NCBI GenBank assembly: GCA_025558095.1
Contig: JAIVFI010000018.1
Coordinates: 620,001-684,000 of the forward strand
Origin: Hyaloraphidium curvatum SAG 235-1
Taxonomy: Eukaryota > Fungi > Monoblepharomycota
Direction of reading: 5' to 3'
DNA: 64,000 bases
The translations under genes were made by a program, and so were the position numbers. The notes below the pieces were generated by a model that ran no database searches, was not told the DNA's origin, and saw only the letters and a program-made list of their open reading frames with translations. Below are positions 37,199 through 47,803 of the stretch, piece by piece. How positions within the stretch are numbered: position 1 is the stretch's first letter; the number at the start of each line of letters is the position of its first letter.

Positions 37199-40100
37199 AT
37201 GACGCCCATCTCCCCCAACGCCCGGGCGGCCTTCGAGCCCCCGGCCGCCGGGGACGCGCCGGCGCTGGGGTCCCCGCCGAGACGCAAGTGCTCGTGCGAC
37301 AAGTGCGCCCGCAAGGCATCGCACGTCCCCGTCAACGATGCGGGGCGGGGGAACGCCGGGGCCGGGGATGGGACGCCTGGAGTGGCGATGCCGGCGCCGG
37401 CCGTTGTCGCCCTCCCCGCCCCGGCAGAAGAGCCCCCGCTCCCAGTGCAGCAGGAGCCCTCCCCCTCGCAACCCTTACAGCCCTTACTATCTGCAACCGG
37501 CTCGGACTCCCAGCCTCCTCCCGTCGAGTCGGCCCCCGTCGTCGCCAGCGCCCCGGAACCGCCCCACGCCGCCGCCCCGCACAAGCCCTCCCTGAAGCCC
37601 GAGCAGCTGCTCGAGGAGATCATCATGCAGGTGCGGAACGAGTCGGCAGTAGAGCCTGATCCGGCGCCGGAGCCGGAACCGGAACGAGAAGGAGGGGAAA
37701 AGAACGAACATCCGGAGATGCTGGCGCCGCCGCCCAAGCAGGAGCTCCCGACGCCGCCGCCGGTGGATGAGCAGAAGACGTCCGCCAACGAAATGCTACT
37801 GGCCAGTGCCTACGGAGCTGCGATTGCAGTGGAGCAGGGACTTCAGCCGGCTGCGGTAACCCCTGTGCCCGCATCCATGCTCGACAGGCTGGCGCAGCCC
37901 AAGATCGTGTGGGTTCCTCTGGCCCCGAAGGAAGTCAGTGTTAGCTGACGTACCACAGTCTCTTGGTTGCCCTCGCAGCGCTCGTGTGCTCCATAGCCTG
38001 TCTCATCGCACTGGTGATCGAGCTGACCAACTTTCAAATAAGGTTCGTAACCCTTCTGGCTCTCCCGTCGCGAGGGCCCCGTGTCCTGACTCCGCCAACG
38101 CAGGGCTAGAACGCAGCCTCTCCAGGCCGCCCAGATCGTCGGCTCCCTTACGGCCGCAACCATCGACGGCTCGCAGGTCCTGGGGGTGCTCAACGCGACG
38201 GTCGTCGAGGCCACGAACGTCGTCGGCGAGCTGTCCAACGCCACTATTGCCGCCGCCTCCGTTGTCGGGCTGGCTTCTGTCGTCGAGGACCTCCACGACG
38301 GCATCGACACCGTGAAGGAAGGCCTCGCCGCCCCGATCCCCGCGGCCAGGATCACGGGCCTCCTCTCGAACGCAACCATCCCCGGCTCCTCCGTCCTCGG
38401 CGACCTCTCCCTCTCCACCATCCCCGCCTCCCGCGTGCAGGGCCGCCTCATCAACGCCACCCTGGACGCCAACCGCGTCCGCGGCCGCCTGACGAACTGC
38501 ACCATCGACGCCGAGAACGTGGTCGGCATGCTGACCAGCGCGAGGATTCCCGCCGAGCGGGTGAGGGGATCGCTGGACTGCGCGACGATCCCGGGGGGCA
38601 GCGTGATGGGCGATCTACTGGGTGCGACGATAGGAGCCGGTAGGGTGATAGGGAGGATCACGAACCCCGTGGAGGCGGCGGGGGTGCAGGGTGTGCTCTC
38701 GTCGGCGATCATCCAGGGCTCGAGGGTGTTTGGCGACCTGACGAACTGCACGATTTCGGCCGGCCGCGTGGTCGGGGAGCTCGATGACGCGACGATCGCC
38801 GCCGGGAGGGTGGTCGGCCTGGAGGCGGTCGCGGTGCCTGCGGCCAACGTGCAAGGGGACCTCTCCAACGCCACCATCCACGGCAGCAGGGTGCGCGGTG
38901 GGAGGATCAATGTCACTGTGGACGCCGCCAACGTCGTCGGGGAGCTGACGGGGGCGACGATCGACTTTTCGCGCGTCACCGGGGTCCCTCCGCCCGAGGC
39001 CGTCAACGCCTCGACGCTCGTGGGGATGCTCAACGCATCGCAGATTGCGGGCCTGGACGCACTGGAGATCGACGGGGCGCAGATCACCGGCAGCTTGGAT
39101 GCGGCGCGGATCTCGGGCACGTTCGTGTCGGCGACCATCCCCGCTCAATGCATCACGGGGGCCATCAACGCCGGACAAGTCGAAGGCAGCTTTGCATCGG
39201 CCATCATCCCAGGGAGCATGGTGACGGGCACGATTTCGGCGGGGCAGATTGTCGGGAACCTGGCGTCGGCGACCATCGACGGGTCTCACGTAACGGGAGC
39301 TCTCAACGCGGCGCAGATCACGGGAACTTTCATGTCCGCCACGGTCAACGCCGCGCAAGTGACCGGGCCCATCACGGCCTTGCAAGTCACGGGGTGCCTG
39401 AGATCGGCCACCATTCCCGGCAGCAGGATCGGTGGACTCATCAATGGCGCGCAGGTCACCGGCACCATCTCCGTCGATGCCGTTTTCGGGTCCGTGGATG
39501 CTGCCCAGGTCACTGGGACTTTCCTGTCGGCCACGATCGCGGGCGCACAGGTGACCGGGGCGATCGATGCCGGCCAGGTCAGCGGTGTGCTTTCCTCCGC
39601 TACGCTCCCCGCGAGCCAAATCACCGGGATGATCGCCGCATCGCAAGTCACGGGGACGTTTACTTCAATGACCATCTCCGGGGCCCAGGTGACAGGCAAC
39701 ATTGACGCGGCACAAATCAGCGGCACCCTCTCTTCGGCAGTGGTTCCCGCGACCCAGATCAGCGGATTGATCGATGCTGCACAGATCTCGGGCACCTTCT
39801 CTTCCTTGACGATATCGGCTGCCCAGGTGACCGGCAGCATCGATGCGGCGCAGATCAGAGGCATCCTCTCGTCGGCGACGATTCCCGGATCCCAGGTCAC
39901 AGGCAACATGGCCGCAGCCCAGATCACAGGGACCTTTTCGTCTGTAACCGTGCCGGCAAGCCTCGTTACGGGTACCCTCGCCTCGGCCACCGTTCCGGCC
40001 GGGCAGGTCACGGGCACGCTGTCCAATGCCGTCGTGCCCGCGGCGCAGATCACGGGGACCATCCCCGCAGCCAGCATCAGCGGAAACCTCGACAACGCCT

Positions 40101-40339
40101 TCATTTCGGGCAGCAACGTCGGGGACCCGATCCTCATCCTCAACGCCCTCGGTCTGTCGCGCGCCAACACAGCAACCTTGAACGCGCCCTTCGGGGGATC
40201 CCTCGCGTGCCCCGGCGGGACGATCCGCATCGGCAGCTGCCCGGAGGTGACGGGCGGGTGCTTCCTCCTCTCATCGGATGCGGTGACGTGCGATTACGGA
40301 GGGTTTGGGTGCCCGCAGCTGACGACGCTTTGCGCATGA
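37199..40339 (+). CDS. Type II membrane protein with a long 14/23-aa 'xAxQ(I/V)TG' repeat ectodomain and Cys-rich tip; 3 exons
   Basis: The Pro/Glu-rich exon 1 is followed by intron 37909-37958, an exon encoding the TM helix VLLVALAALVCSIACLIALVI, and intron 38043-38103. Splicing joins in frame to the 38186-40339 repeat ORF. Confidence 0.8.
38125..40120 (+). repeat. Coding tandem repeat array (14-aa units, then 13+10 = 23-aa units)
   Basis: Examples are NATIPGSSVLGDLS, LSTIPASRVQGRLI and NATLDANRVRGRLT; later SATIAGAQVTGAI-DAGQVSGVLS and SMTISGAQVTGNI-DAAQISGTLS. Confidence 0.9.
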
Positions 40340-40477
40340 GGTGTAGCGTATGGAATCGGAACACCATCGACTGTGCACAAACGAGACACGGAATAAACCC
40401 TGCTCGATTCCCGCCTCCCAGCTCACCGACAAATACATGCATCGAGTGAAGCGATTCCCCAATTGTGGCCCGCTTGA

Positions 40478-41686
40478 TCAGTGCTCTCCCAACCGCGGAG
40501 CCCCGCCAGCGATCCGCGGCCGCTCCCCGTCGATCGTGAACGGCATCCCCGTGAGCGCAAAGTCCTCCCCCGGCACGGCCTGCTGCACGCCGAGCTCGCG
40601 CACCTGGGGCTCCTGGAGCACCTCGGCGAGGCTGTTGATCGGCGACGCCGGGACACCGAGGCGCTGCAGCACCGAGAGCCAATGTTCCCGCGGCTTGGAG
40701 GCCAGGATGGGTCGCAGCTCGGCAAAGAGCGCGGGCTTGTTGCGGAGCCGCGCCCGGTTGGTCGCGAACCGCTCGTCGGTGACCCAGTCCGGGCGACCGC
40801 AGGCCTCGGCCACGCGGGCAAATAGCCGGTCGTTGCCCGCGCAGATAAGGATGGGCCCGTCCGACGCGTCGAAAGCCTCGTAGGGGCACATCATTGGGTG
40901 CCCGCTGCGGTGCTTCTCGGGCAGCTTGCCCGTGTTGACGAGCTCGTCGGCCTTTTGGCCGCCCCACATGAGCGCGGTCTCCAAAAGCGAGCCCTGCACG
41001 ATGCCGCCCTTGCCCGTCGCGTTCCGCCGGTGAAGCAGAGACAGCATGCCGATCGTAACCCACATGGCCGTACCTTGGTCGCAGAGCGAAGCCGCGGAGC
41101 GGATAGGGGGATCCGACTCGTCGCCGTTCAGCGAAGAGAGGCCCGAGTACGCCTGGATGAGCGGCTCATAGCCTGGTCTTTTGGCCAGAGGTCCGACAGC
41201 ACCGAAGGCGGATATCGACGCGTGGATGAGCCGCGGGTGGCGCGCGACCATGGACGGCCCGTCGATGCCGAGCTTCACGTCCGTTCCCGGCTTGACGTTG
41301 TGAACAAAGAAGTCGGCCTGGGTCGCAAGGGCGTCCAGGCGCGTCCTATCCAGCTTCGAGGTCAGATCCAATTCGAGGCTCCTCTTTCCGCGGTTGAAGT
41401 GGTGGAAAAAGAGCGCGTCACCGCGGCGAAACTCCTGCCCCATCCTCCGCGCGTCGTCGCCGCCGTCCGGCCGCTCGAGTTTGAGCACATCGCAGCCCAG
41501 GTCCGCGAGGATCGAGCCGACGTACGGCCCGGCAATGACCTGGCCGAGCTCAAGGACGCGCGTGCCCGCGAGCGGGCCGACGGGAACGCGTTGCGGCGGC
41601 GGCCACGCGTCACCCGCGGCACTGGCGAAACGACGGGCGCCAAAAGCGTGCGCCGCAACGCGCGGCAGCGGAATCAGCCGCGGCAT
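40478..41686 (-). CDS. Family III CoA-transferase (CaiB/BaiF), intronless, with a mitochondrial-type presequence
   Basis: Motifs are GPLAGTRVLEL, IAGP, LADLGCDVLKLE, GDDAR, NRGKRS, QAYSGL, the catalytic Asp in SLCDQGT and APRLGEH. The N-terminus is MPRLIPLPRVAAHAFGARRFAS. Confidence 0.92.
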   Translation of the reverse strand: MPRLIPLPRVAAHAFGARRFASAAGDAWPPPQRVPVGPLAGTRVLELGQVIAGPYVGSILADLGCDVLKLERPDGGDDARRMGQEFRRGDALFFHHFNRGKRSLELDLTSKLDRTRLDALATQADFFVHNVKPGTDVKLGIDGPSMVARHPRLIHASISAFGAVGPLAKRPGYEPLIQAYSGLSSLNGDESDPPIRSAASLCDQGTAMWVTIGMLSLLHRRNATGKGGIVQGSLLETALMWGGQKADELVNTGKLPEKHRSGHPMMCPYEAFDASDGPILICAGNDRLFARVAEACGRPDWVTDERFATNRARLRNKPALFAELRPILASKPREHWLSVLQRLGVPASPINSLAEVLQEPQVRELGVQQAVPGEDFALTGMPFTIDGERPRIAGGAPRLGEH

Positions 41687-41951
41687 TGTCTCCCGCGGCC
41701 GCTGTTTGGTTGTTGGCGGAACTGTTCCTTTGAAGCCGCTGGTGAATCCCACCCCAATGGCTACAGCGTGGGGTTACTAGGCTTGCTAGTCAGGGTATGG
41801 ATTGCTGTCGGCACCGTTTTGCCACTCGTCTTCGAAGTGGCGCGGATTCGGAGGCGGCGCCAATCTCGCGCGCGCGCGGCGGGCCGGCTGACGCCAAAAC
41901 TCGGGAAGCGGATCCCACTCCTCCCGGTCGCAGAGCGGGCACCTTGCCACC

Positions 41952-42989
41952 ATGTCGTTCAACGCCGACACCTCCGCCGAGGAGGTCGCCGCCGCGCTGT
42001 CTGGGAAGATTGCCGGCAAGAACGGTGCGGAGCGTGGTCTGCCTCCCACTGCTTCTCTGATCCCGCCGAAGTACTCATCACGGGTGCCTCCCCGAAGTCC
42101 CTGGGCGCCGAAGCGGCGCGCGTGCTGGCCAAGCACGGCGCTGGTCTCGTTGTTCTCGCTGGTCGGAACCGGAAGAACCTCGAGGAGACCCGCAATGCGA
42201 TCCTTGCCGAGACGCCGAAAGCCAGCATCCGGCTCCTGGACATTGACCTGGCGGACTATGACAGCGTGCGGAAGGCAGCGAAAGAGGTCCTCGCCTACGA
42301 GGAGCCTCTGAATGTGCTGATCAATAACGCGGCGATAATGGCCACGCCGTACTGGACGAACAAGGATGGTTACGAGGCCTAGTTTGCCGGCAACCACCTC
42401 GGCCACTTCCTGTTCACGAACCTCGTCAGCAAGAAGCTGCAGGGCAAGGACGGCGGGCGGCCCCGCGTCATCAACGTCTCGTCCAATGGACACTACAACT
42501 CGGGCATCCGGTTCGACGACATTGGCTTTGGAAAGGGCTCCACGTACAAGCCCTGGGAGGCTTACGGTGGGATGGAATCGTGCGGCCCCTGCTGTCTGTC
42601 TGAAGTCAAACTGCCAAACACCAGGCCAGAGCAAGACGGCCAACATCCTCTTCTCGCGTTCCCTGGCCGTCAAGCGCCCTGACCTCGTCTCCTTGTCCCT
42701 GCACCCCGGCGTCATCCTTACCAACCTGGGGCGCGACCTTAACCCCGAAGCTCTACAGTACCTCCTTGATCTGGGCATCACGCCCGACAAGTTCAAGTAC
42801 AAGACCCTGGGCCAGGGCGCCGCCACGCACATCGTGGCCGGCTTCGACGCCGAGGTGGAGAAGAGCAACGGGGCCTACATGGAAGACTGCAGGGTGGCCG
42901 AGGAGGCGTGCGCGCCGCACGCCAAGGACATGGAGGCGGCGGAGCGGCTGTGGCAGCTTTCGAACGAGATGGTCGGCGAGGCGTTCTAG
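41952..42989 (+). pseudogene. Retinol-dehydrogenase/WWOX-like SDR with an in-frame TAG at 42380-42382
   Basis: Motifs are VLITGASPKSLG, IDLAD, LINNAAIMA, GYEA*FAGNHLGHFLF, INVSS, Y|GQSK (YxxxK) and SLHPG. Inferred introns are ~42025-42071 and ~42567-42624. It is otherwise intact. Confidence 0.85.
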
Positions 42990-43149
42990 ATGCACAAGAG
43001 CTCATAGATCTTGATGAACGAGGAGCTTTTTCGATCTTTCCAAACACGTCATCCTCTGCCCGCAGATATCCGGGCGTGGCAAGGTCGGCAACGCGTCCAA
43101 ACAAACCGGGCCGGGAAATCTCCATCCTACGAACCCGCCGACCGCAGCA

Positions 43150-46041
43150 ATGACACTCAGGTGTGTTGGCTTTTGTCGTTCGGAAGTTGCAGTGCAGTTA
43201 CAGTGTCTCATTCCCGGCGTCCGACGCTCCGCTACTCGGAACCGTTGTGTCTCCCACTCCTCCGCTGCCTCGCCATTCGCCGCCCGCAACGCGTTCCTTA
43301 CGCGACCAGGTTCGACGGCCAGGTTGCCATCGTCACGTAAGCTACTGTTGCCGTGTTCTGGCGTCCCAATCCCCTCAATGTTTTGCCAGCGGAGCCGGCA
43401 ACGGCCTCGGCAAAGCCTATGCGACACTCCTCGGGGAGCGCGGCGCGACCGTCGTGATCAACGACTACGGGATCAGCCCGCATGGGCGCGGGACGGGCTC
43501 GAGCCAGGTCGCGGACCAGGTCGTGGAGGAGCTGAGGGCCAAGGGAATCAAGTGCTCGGCGAACTACGACGACGTCAGGCAGGGCGGCAAGATCGTGCAG
43601 CAGGCCATGAAAGAGTACGGGCGCGTGGACATCATCGTGAACAACGCCGGGAGTTCGTGCGCCGTCGGCCTTCGAGGGCTTCTTCAGTCTGATCCACCGC
43701 GTTCCGCTCCCCCACCCCCTTCCTCCCCCCACCCCTTCCACTCACACCCCCTTCGTTTTCAGTTGGCCGCGGCAAGCCGTTCGAGACCTTCCGAGATGAA
43801 GATGACTGGGACATGCTCTACCAGATGCACGTCGATGGGTGCTACCGGGTCGTGAAGGAGGCCTGGCCGATCATGCAGGCCCAGAAGTACGGCCGCATTG
43901 TCAATGTCTCGTCCCCGGTCGGCCTCTACGGCATGTTGCCCCAGGGTACGTTGTCTTCGGGTCCCTCGGCTTTATTGCTGACGTTTGGCTCACCCTTTCC
44001 TGAACACCAGCGAGCTACGGCGCTGCCAAGGCGGTAAGGGGACTCTGGCTGGTGCTTCCACTTTTCAGCTCACCGTCTGCTTGCTTGCAGGCCATCCACG
44101 GCTTCACCCTCACCCTGGCTCGCGAGGGCGCCAAGTACAATATCAAGGTCAACAGCCTGGGCCCCAACGCCGTTACGCGCCTCGCGGCGACCGTCAACAT
44201 CTTCGGCGAGGCCACCGAGTTCGCCGACCCCTACGGCGCCATCGCCCCGACTGTCGCCTGGCTCTCCCACAAGGACTGCCAGAACACGGGGCACTTCATC
44301 GAGTGCGGGTCGGGGTGGGTCGCGAGGACGAGGATCCAGAGGAGCAAGGGCGTCGAGTTCAGGCCCGACGCGACCTTCACCCCGGCCTCGATCAAGGAGG
44401 TGGGTCGGTGCTGGTTGCTGGCGTCGGATTCGAGTTCACTCTCGTCCTCCAGCGGTTTCACGAGATCTGTGACTTCAGCAAGGACGCCGTGGTCCCCGAG
44501 ATTGTCCAGGCCGGCCCCGGCGGCGAAGGGACGATGGAACGGCTCGCCAGGGTCATGAGGCTGCCCCCGTCCGAGAAGCAGGAGGAGCTGTCGTTCAAGG
44601 GCCGCGTGGTGGTGATCACTGGCGCTGGCGCAGGTGCGTGGTGCACACGTTTTGAACCAAGACACTAGTTGACTCGCTATCCCTTGGCAAGGCCTCGGGA
44701 GGGCGTACGCTCACGTGAGTGAAAATTTTCTGTCGAACATCCTCGAAAAGCTCACCGTTGCCTTCCCAGTTGTTCGCCAAAGCGGGAGCCAGCGTCGTCG
44801 TCAACGATCTCGGCGGCGGGCGCTTCGGCGAGGACGAAAAGGAGGCCGTCCGGCCCGCCGACGTCGTCGTCGACGAGATCCGCAAGCTCGGCGGCACCGC
44901 CGTTGCCAACTACTCGTCCGTGGTCAACGGCAACGAGATCATCGACACAGCCATCAAGGCTTTCGGGCGGGTTGACGTGGTCATCAACGTTGGGTCGATT
45001 CGATTAGGGGCCTACCTGCTGCGGTCTGCTGACCAAGTCGCACCTACAGAACGCAGGCATCCTCCGCGACAAGTCCTTCATGCGCATGTCGGACCAGGAC
45101 TGGGATCTCATACAGCAGGTCCACGTCAAGGCGAGCATCTTCTTGCGGTCGCACGTCGGTGGCGCTAAATGAGATTGCAGGGTGTCTACAAGGTCGCCCG
45201 CGCCGCGTGGCCGCACTTCATCAAGCAGCGTTTCGGACGCTTGATCAACACGGCTTCGTCCGTCGGTCTGTATGGGTTGGTGCTTTGCCTGCGATGCAAC
45301 CTGCTTCGTTGCTCACGTACTTCATGTCATTCATGGCATACAGCAACTTCGGCCAGGCAAGCTTCTTCGAAACGACTTGCGCTCATGGAGAGCTGACACC
45401 TGCCCTCGCCTAGGCGAACTACAGCGCTGCCAAGCACGCCATGGTCGGGCTCTCCAACTCGCTCGCCCTCGAGGGAGCTAAATACGGCATCACTGTGAAC
45501 ACTCTCGCGCCCGGCGCCGGCACCCGTCTCACGGCCACCGTCATGCCGCCTGAGCAGGTCAGTGCAACGGCAAGCGAATCTCCGCTTGGATCTGACTGTT
45601 CCTGCTCGTCAGGTCGAGGCCATGAAGCCCGACTTTGTCGCCCCGCTTGTCGGCTTCCTGGTCCACGAGAACACCTGGGTCACGGGCCAGATCTTCGAAT
45701 CCGCGAGGTTGGTTGAGGGAATCCCGACACGGGGCCTGGTTACTGACGAATCGATTCCAGCGGCTGGAATGCCATGGTCCGCCGCCAGAGGTCGGGAGGC
45801 CACTTGTTCCCGGTCCCGCACACGGTCGAGGATGTCAGGGACAACTGGGCCAAGATCAACGGTAGGAGTGCTTCAGAAGGCTCTTTCGTCACTAGCCTAA
45901 AGTGGTGGTTGCCCAGACTTCGACGACGGCCGTGCCGAGTACCCCACTTCCATCGAGGACGTCGTGGCGGCGATGCGCCGCGGCGCCGCCTACAACCGCG
46001 GGCTCAGGGACGGCAAGAAGTCCGCAGGCGCCAAGCTGTAA
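43150..46041 (+). CDS. Peroxisomal 3-hydroxyacyl-CoA dehydrogenase, Fox2/MFE-2-like tandem SDR domains without a hydratase domain; ~16 exons; PTS1 -AKL
   Basis: It has two SDR units, each with TGAGxGLG, VxND, NNAGI and YxAAK. It ends ...SAGAKL-TAA (46039-46041). About 15 short introns are inferred, including two GC-AG introns. Confidence 0.88.
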
Positions 46042-46053
46042 TCCCCGCCGAAT

Positions 46054-47658
46054 CTACTCCGTCGCCGCGCCAGCCCTGCTCCAGCCCCATCCCCAACCGG
46101 ACATCTCCAGCAGCCGCGACCGCGCGCGGCCGACGGAGAAGCCCACGTCCCTCTCGCCCGCCCCGCCGCGGGCAAGGGAGGCGCCTTCCAGGCCCGTGGC
46201 GGACCATTCGGTGCCGCCCGCGAAGTAGGTCGTCGCGTGGGCCGAAGAAGATCCTCCTGCGCCGCGCACCTCGATCTCCAGGGGAGCGGGCAGCGCCGCC
46301 GCGGATTCGGCGGCGAAGACGTTGCGCAGGAGGGAGATCTCGTCCGCGGCCCTGTCCGGCAGGGACGACGGGACGAGCACGACCCGCACCCCGGCCTCGT
46401 AGGCCACGTCCAGCAGCACCACGAACCTGCGCACCGGATCCAGCCCCGACGGCGTGTCCGGCACCGTGATTGGGTACGGCGCCTCGGTCACGGCGATGAA
46501 GGGCGGGTGCCCTTCCGACATGCCGCGGAGGTGCGCGCACAGGGCGCGGTAGTCGCTCGCCCCGCGGAAGCCGAGGATCGCGTCGCGCCAGGGGAGCACG
46601 GCGCCGGCGATCGGGCCCGAGATCAGGTTGGGCAGGGGGAAGGTGCGCCCGTGGATTTCGATGGGGATGGTCGCGGGGCCCGTGAGGTGGGAACCGGCGG
46701 GGAGAGAGCGCACGAGGGAGTCCAAAGTGGGGTAGATACCGCGGAGCGCGGGGCCGGTGCCGGCCGCAGGCGCGGCGGAGCGCGTTTCGGCCGCGTGCTC
46801 GCGCCAGTCCTTCCCGTCCATCCGAAAGATCTTCCACCGCATGTCATCGATGCCCTTGAGCACCTGCCGCCGGTTCAATCCGCCCTCGTAGAGCTCGGAA
46901 GGGTGGCGGTTCGAGGTCACGACGATCACTGCCTTGTGCGCCCTCCACGCCGCGAGCACGCGGAGCACGAGCAGGGCGTCGGCTGGATCCGTCAGCTGAA
47001 ACTCGTCCAGAATGACTACGAAGCCCGGGGAGGGATGTGCCGGGGGATGGGGAGTCCCAAGACGGTGGACGCCCGTTGAGGTCAGAAAGGACCTCGCAGC
47101 GGCGTCCACGGGGTCGTGTCGTCCCTGCTGTTGTCGGAGCAGGAACAGCCGACGGTGCAAAAGTGCCGTGGCATCATGGAAGTGGTATCGAGCCCTCATG
47201 TCGTGGGGCAGGGACGCGGCGAAGAGCTCGGCCAGGAGCGATTTGCCGGTGCCGACGCCGCCGTAGATGTAGAGGCCCTCGGGGGCCTCCACCGCACCGC
47301 TCGGCTTGGACCAATATGAAGTCAGGTTTGTCCTCAAGCCGTCCAGCTCCGATGCGAGAGCGAGCTGCGCCGGGTCCGCGTCGACGATCCCCTTCGAAGC
47401 GAGGGCTCCGTACCGGGCCAGCACGCCGCCTGAGCCATGCTCTGAGGCGGTGGCGTTGACCCTAGCCTTCCGGCCGAGGGATATCCAGGGGCCAGGGCCT
47501 CCACTTTGAAGCGAATCGGCGTGGAGATCCGGCTGTACGGGAGAGTAGCCCCGGCGTCCAAGGAGGGCTCCGCATTGTTGGGGGAGACTCCAGGCACCGG
47601 AAGGCAAGCACCGAGACGCCAAAGAGCGCCCCGCTCTCGCCGATGTCCTCAAAGCCAT
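46054..47658 (-). CDS. AFG1: AFG1/ZapE-family ATPase, mitochondrial
   Basis: It has a presequence and the motifs DPAQ, GLYIYGGVGTGKS (Walker A), LDEFQLTDPADA (Walker B), TSNRHPSELY, RRFVVLLDVAYE and RARSRLLEM. Confidence 0.88.
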   Translation of the reverse strand: MALRTSARAGRSLASRCLPSGAWSLPQQCGALLGRRGYSPVQPDLHADSLQSGGPGPWISLGRKARVNATASEHGSGGVLARYGALASKGIVDADPAQLALASELDGLRTNLTSYWSKPSGAVEAPEGLYIYGGVGTGKSLLAELFAASLPHDMRARYHFHDATALLHRRLFLLRQQQGRHDPVDAAARSFLTSTGVHRLGTPHPPAHPSPGFVVILDEFQLTDPADALLVLRVLAAWRAHKAVIVVTSNRHPSELYEGGLNRRQVLKGIDDMRWKIFRMDGKDWREHAAETRSAAPAAGTGPALRGIYPTLDSLVRSLPAGSHLTGPATIPIEIHGRTFPLPNLISGPIAGAVLPWRDAILGFRGASDYRALCAHLRGMSEGHPPFIAVTEAPYPITVPDTPSGLDPVRRFVVLLDVAYEAGVRVVLVPSSLPDRAADEISLLRNVFAAESAAALPAPLEIEVRGAGGSSSAHATTYFAGGTEWSATGLEGASLARGGAGERDVGFSVGRARSRLLEMSGWGWGWSRAGAATE

Positions 47659-47803
47659 GTCCTGCGGAGGGAATCCCACGGTCTCGCGGGAATCGGATCG
47701 CGGTCGTGTTTACCCGCGAACTAGCCGAATTCGCTAAGGACCGTTGGACCCCCACCAACCTCGCTCAACGACTACTGTTCCGCGTCCGCGGTCCATCGCC
47801 GCG

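Noticed and set aside
38125-40120. CRISPR array or DNA satellite
   Set aside because: The repeats are conserved at the protein level with synonymous divergence; there are no identical DNA repeats with spacers.
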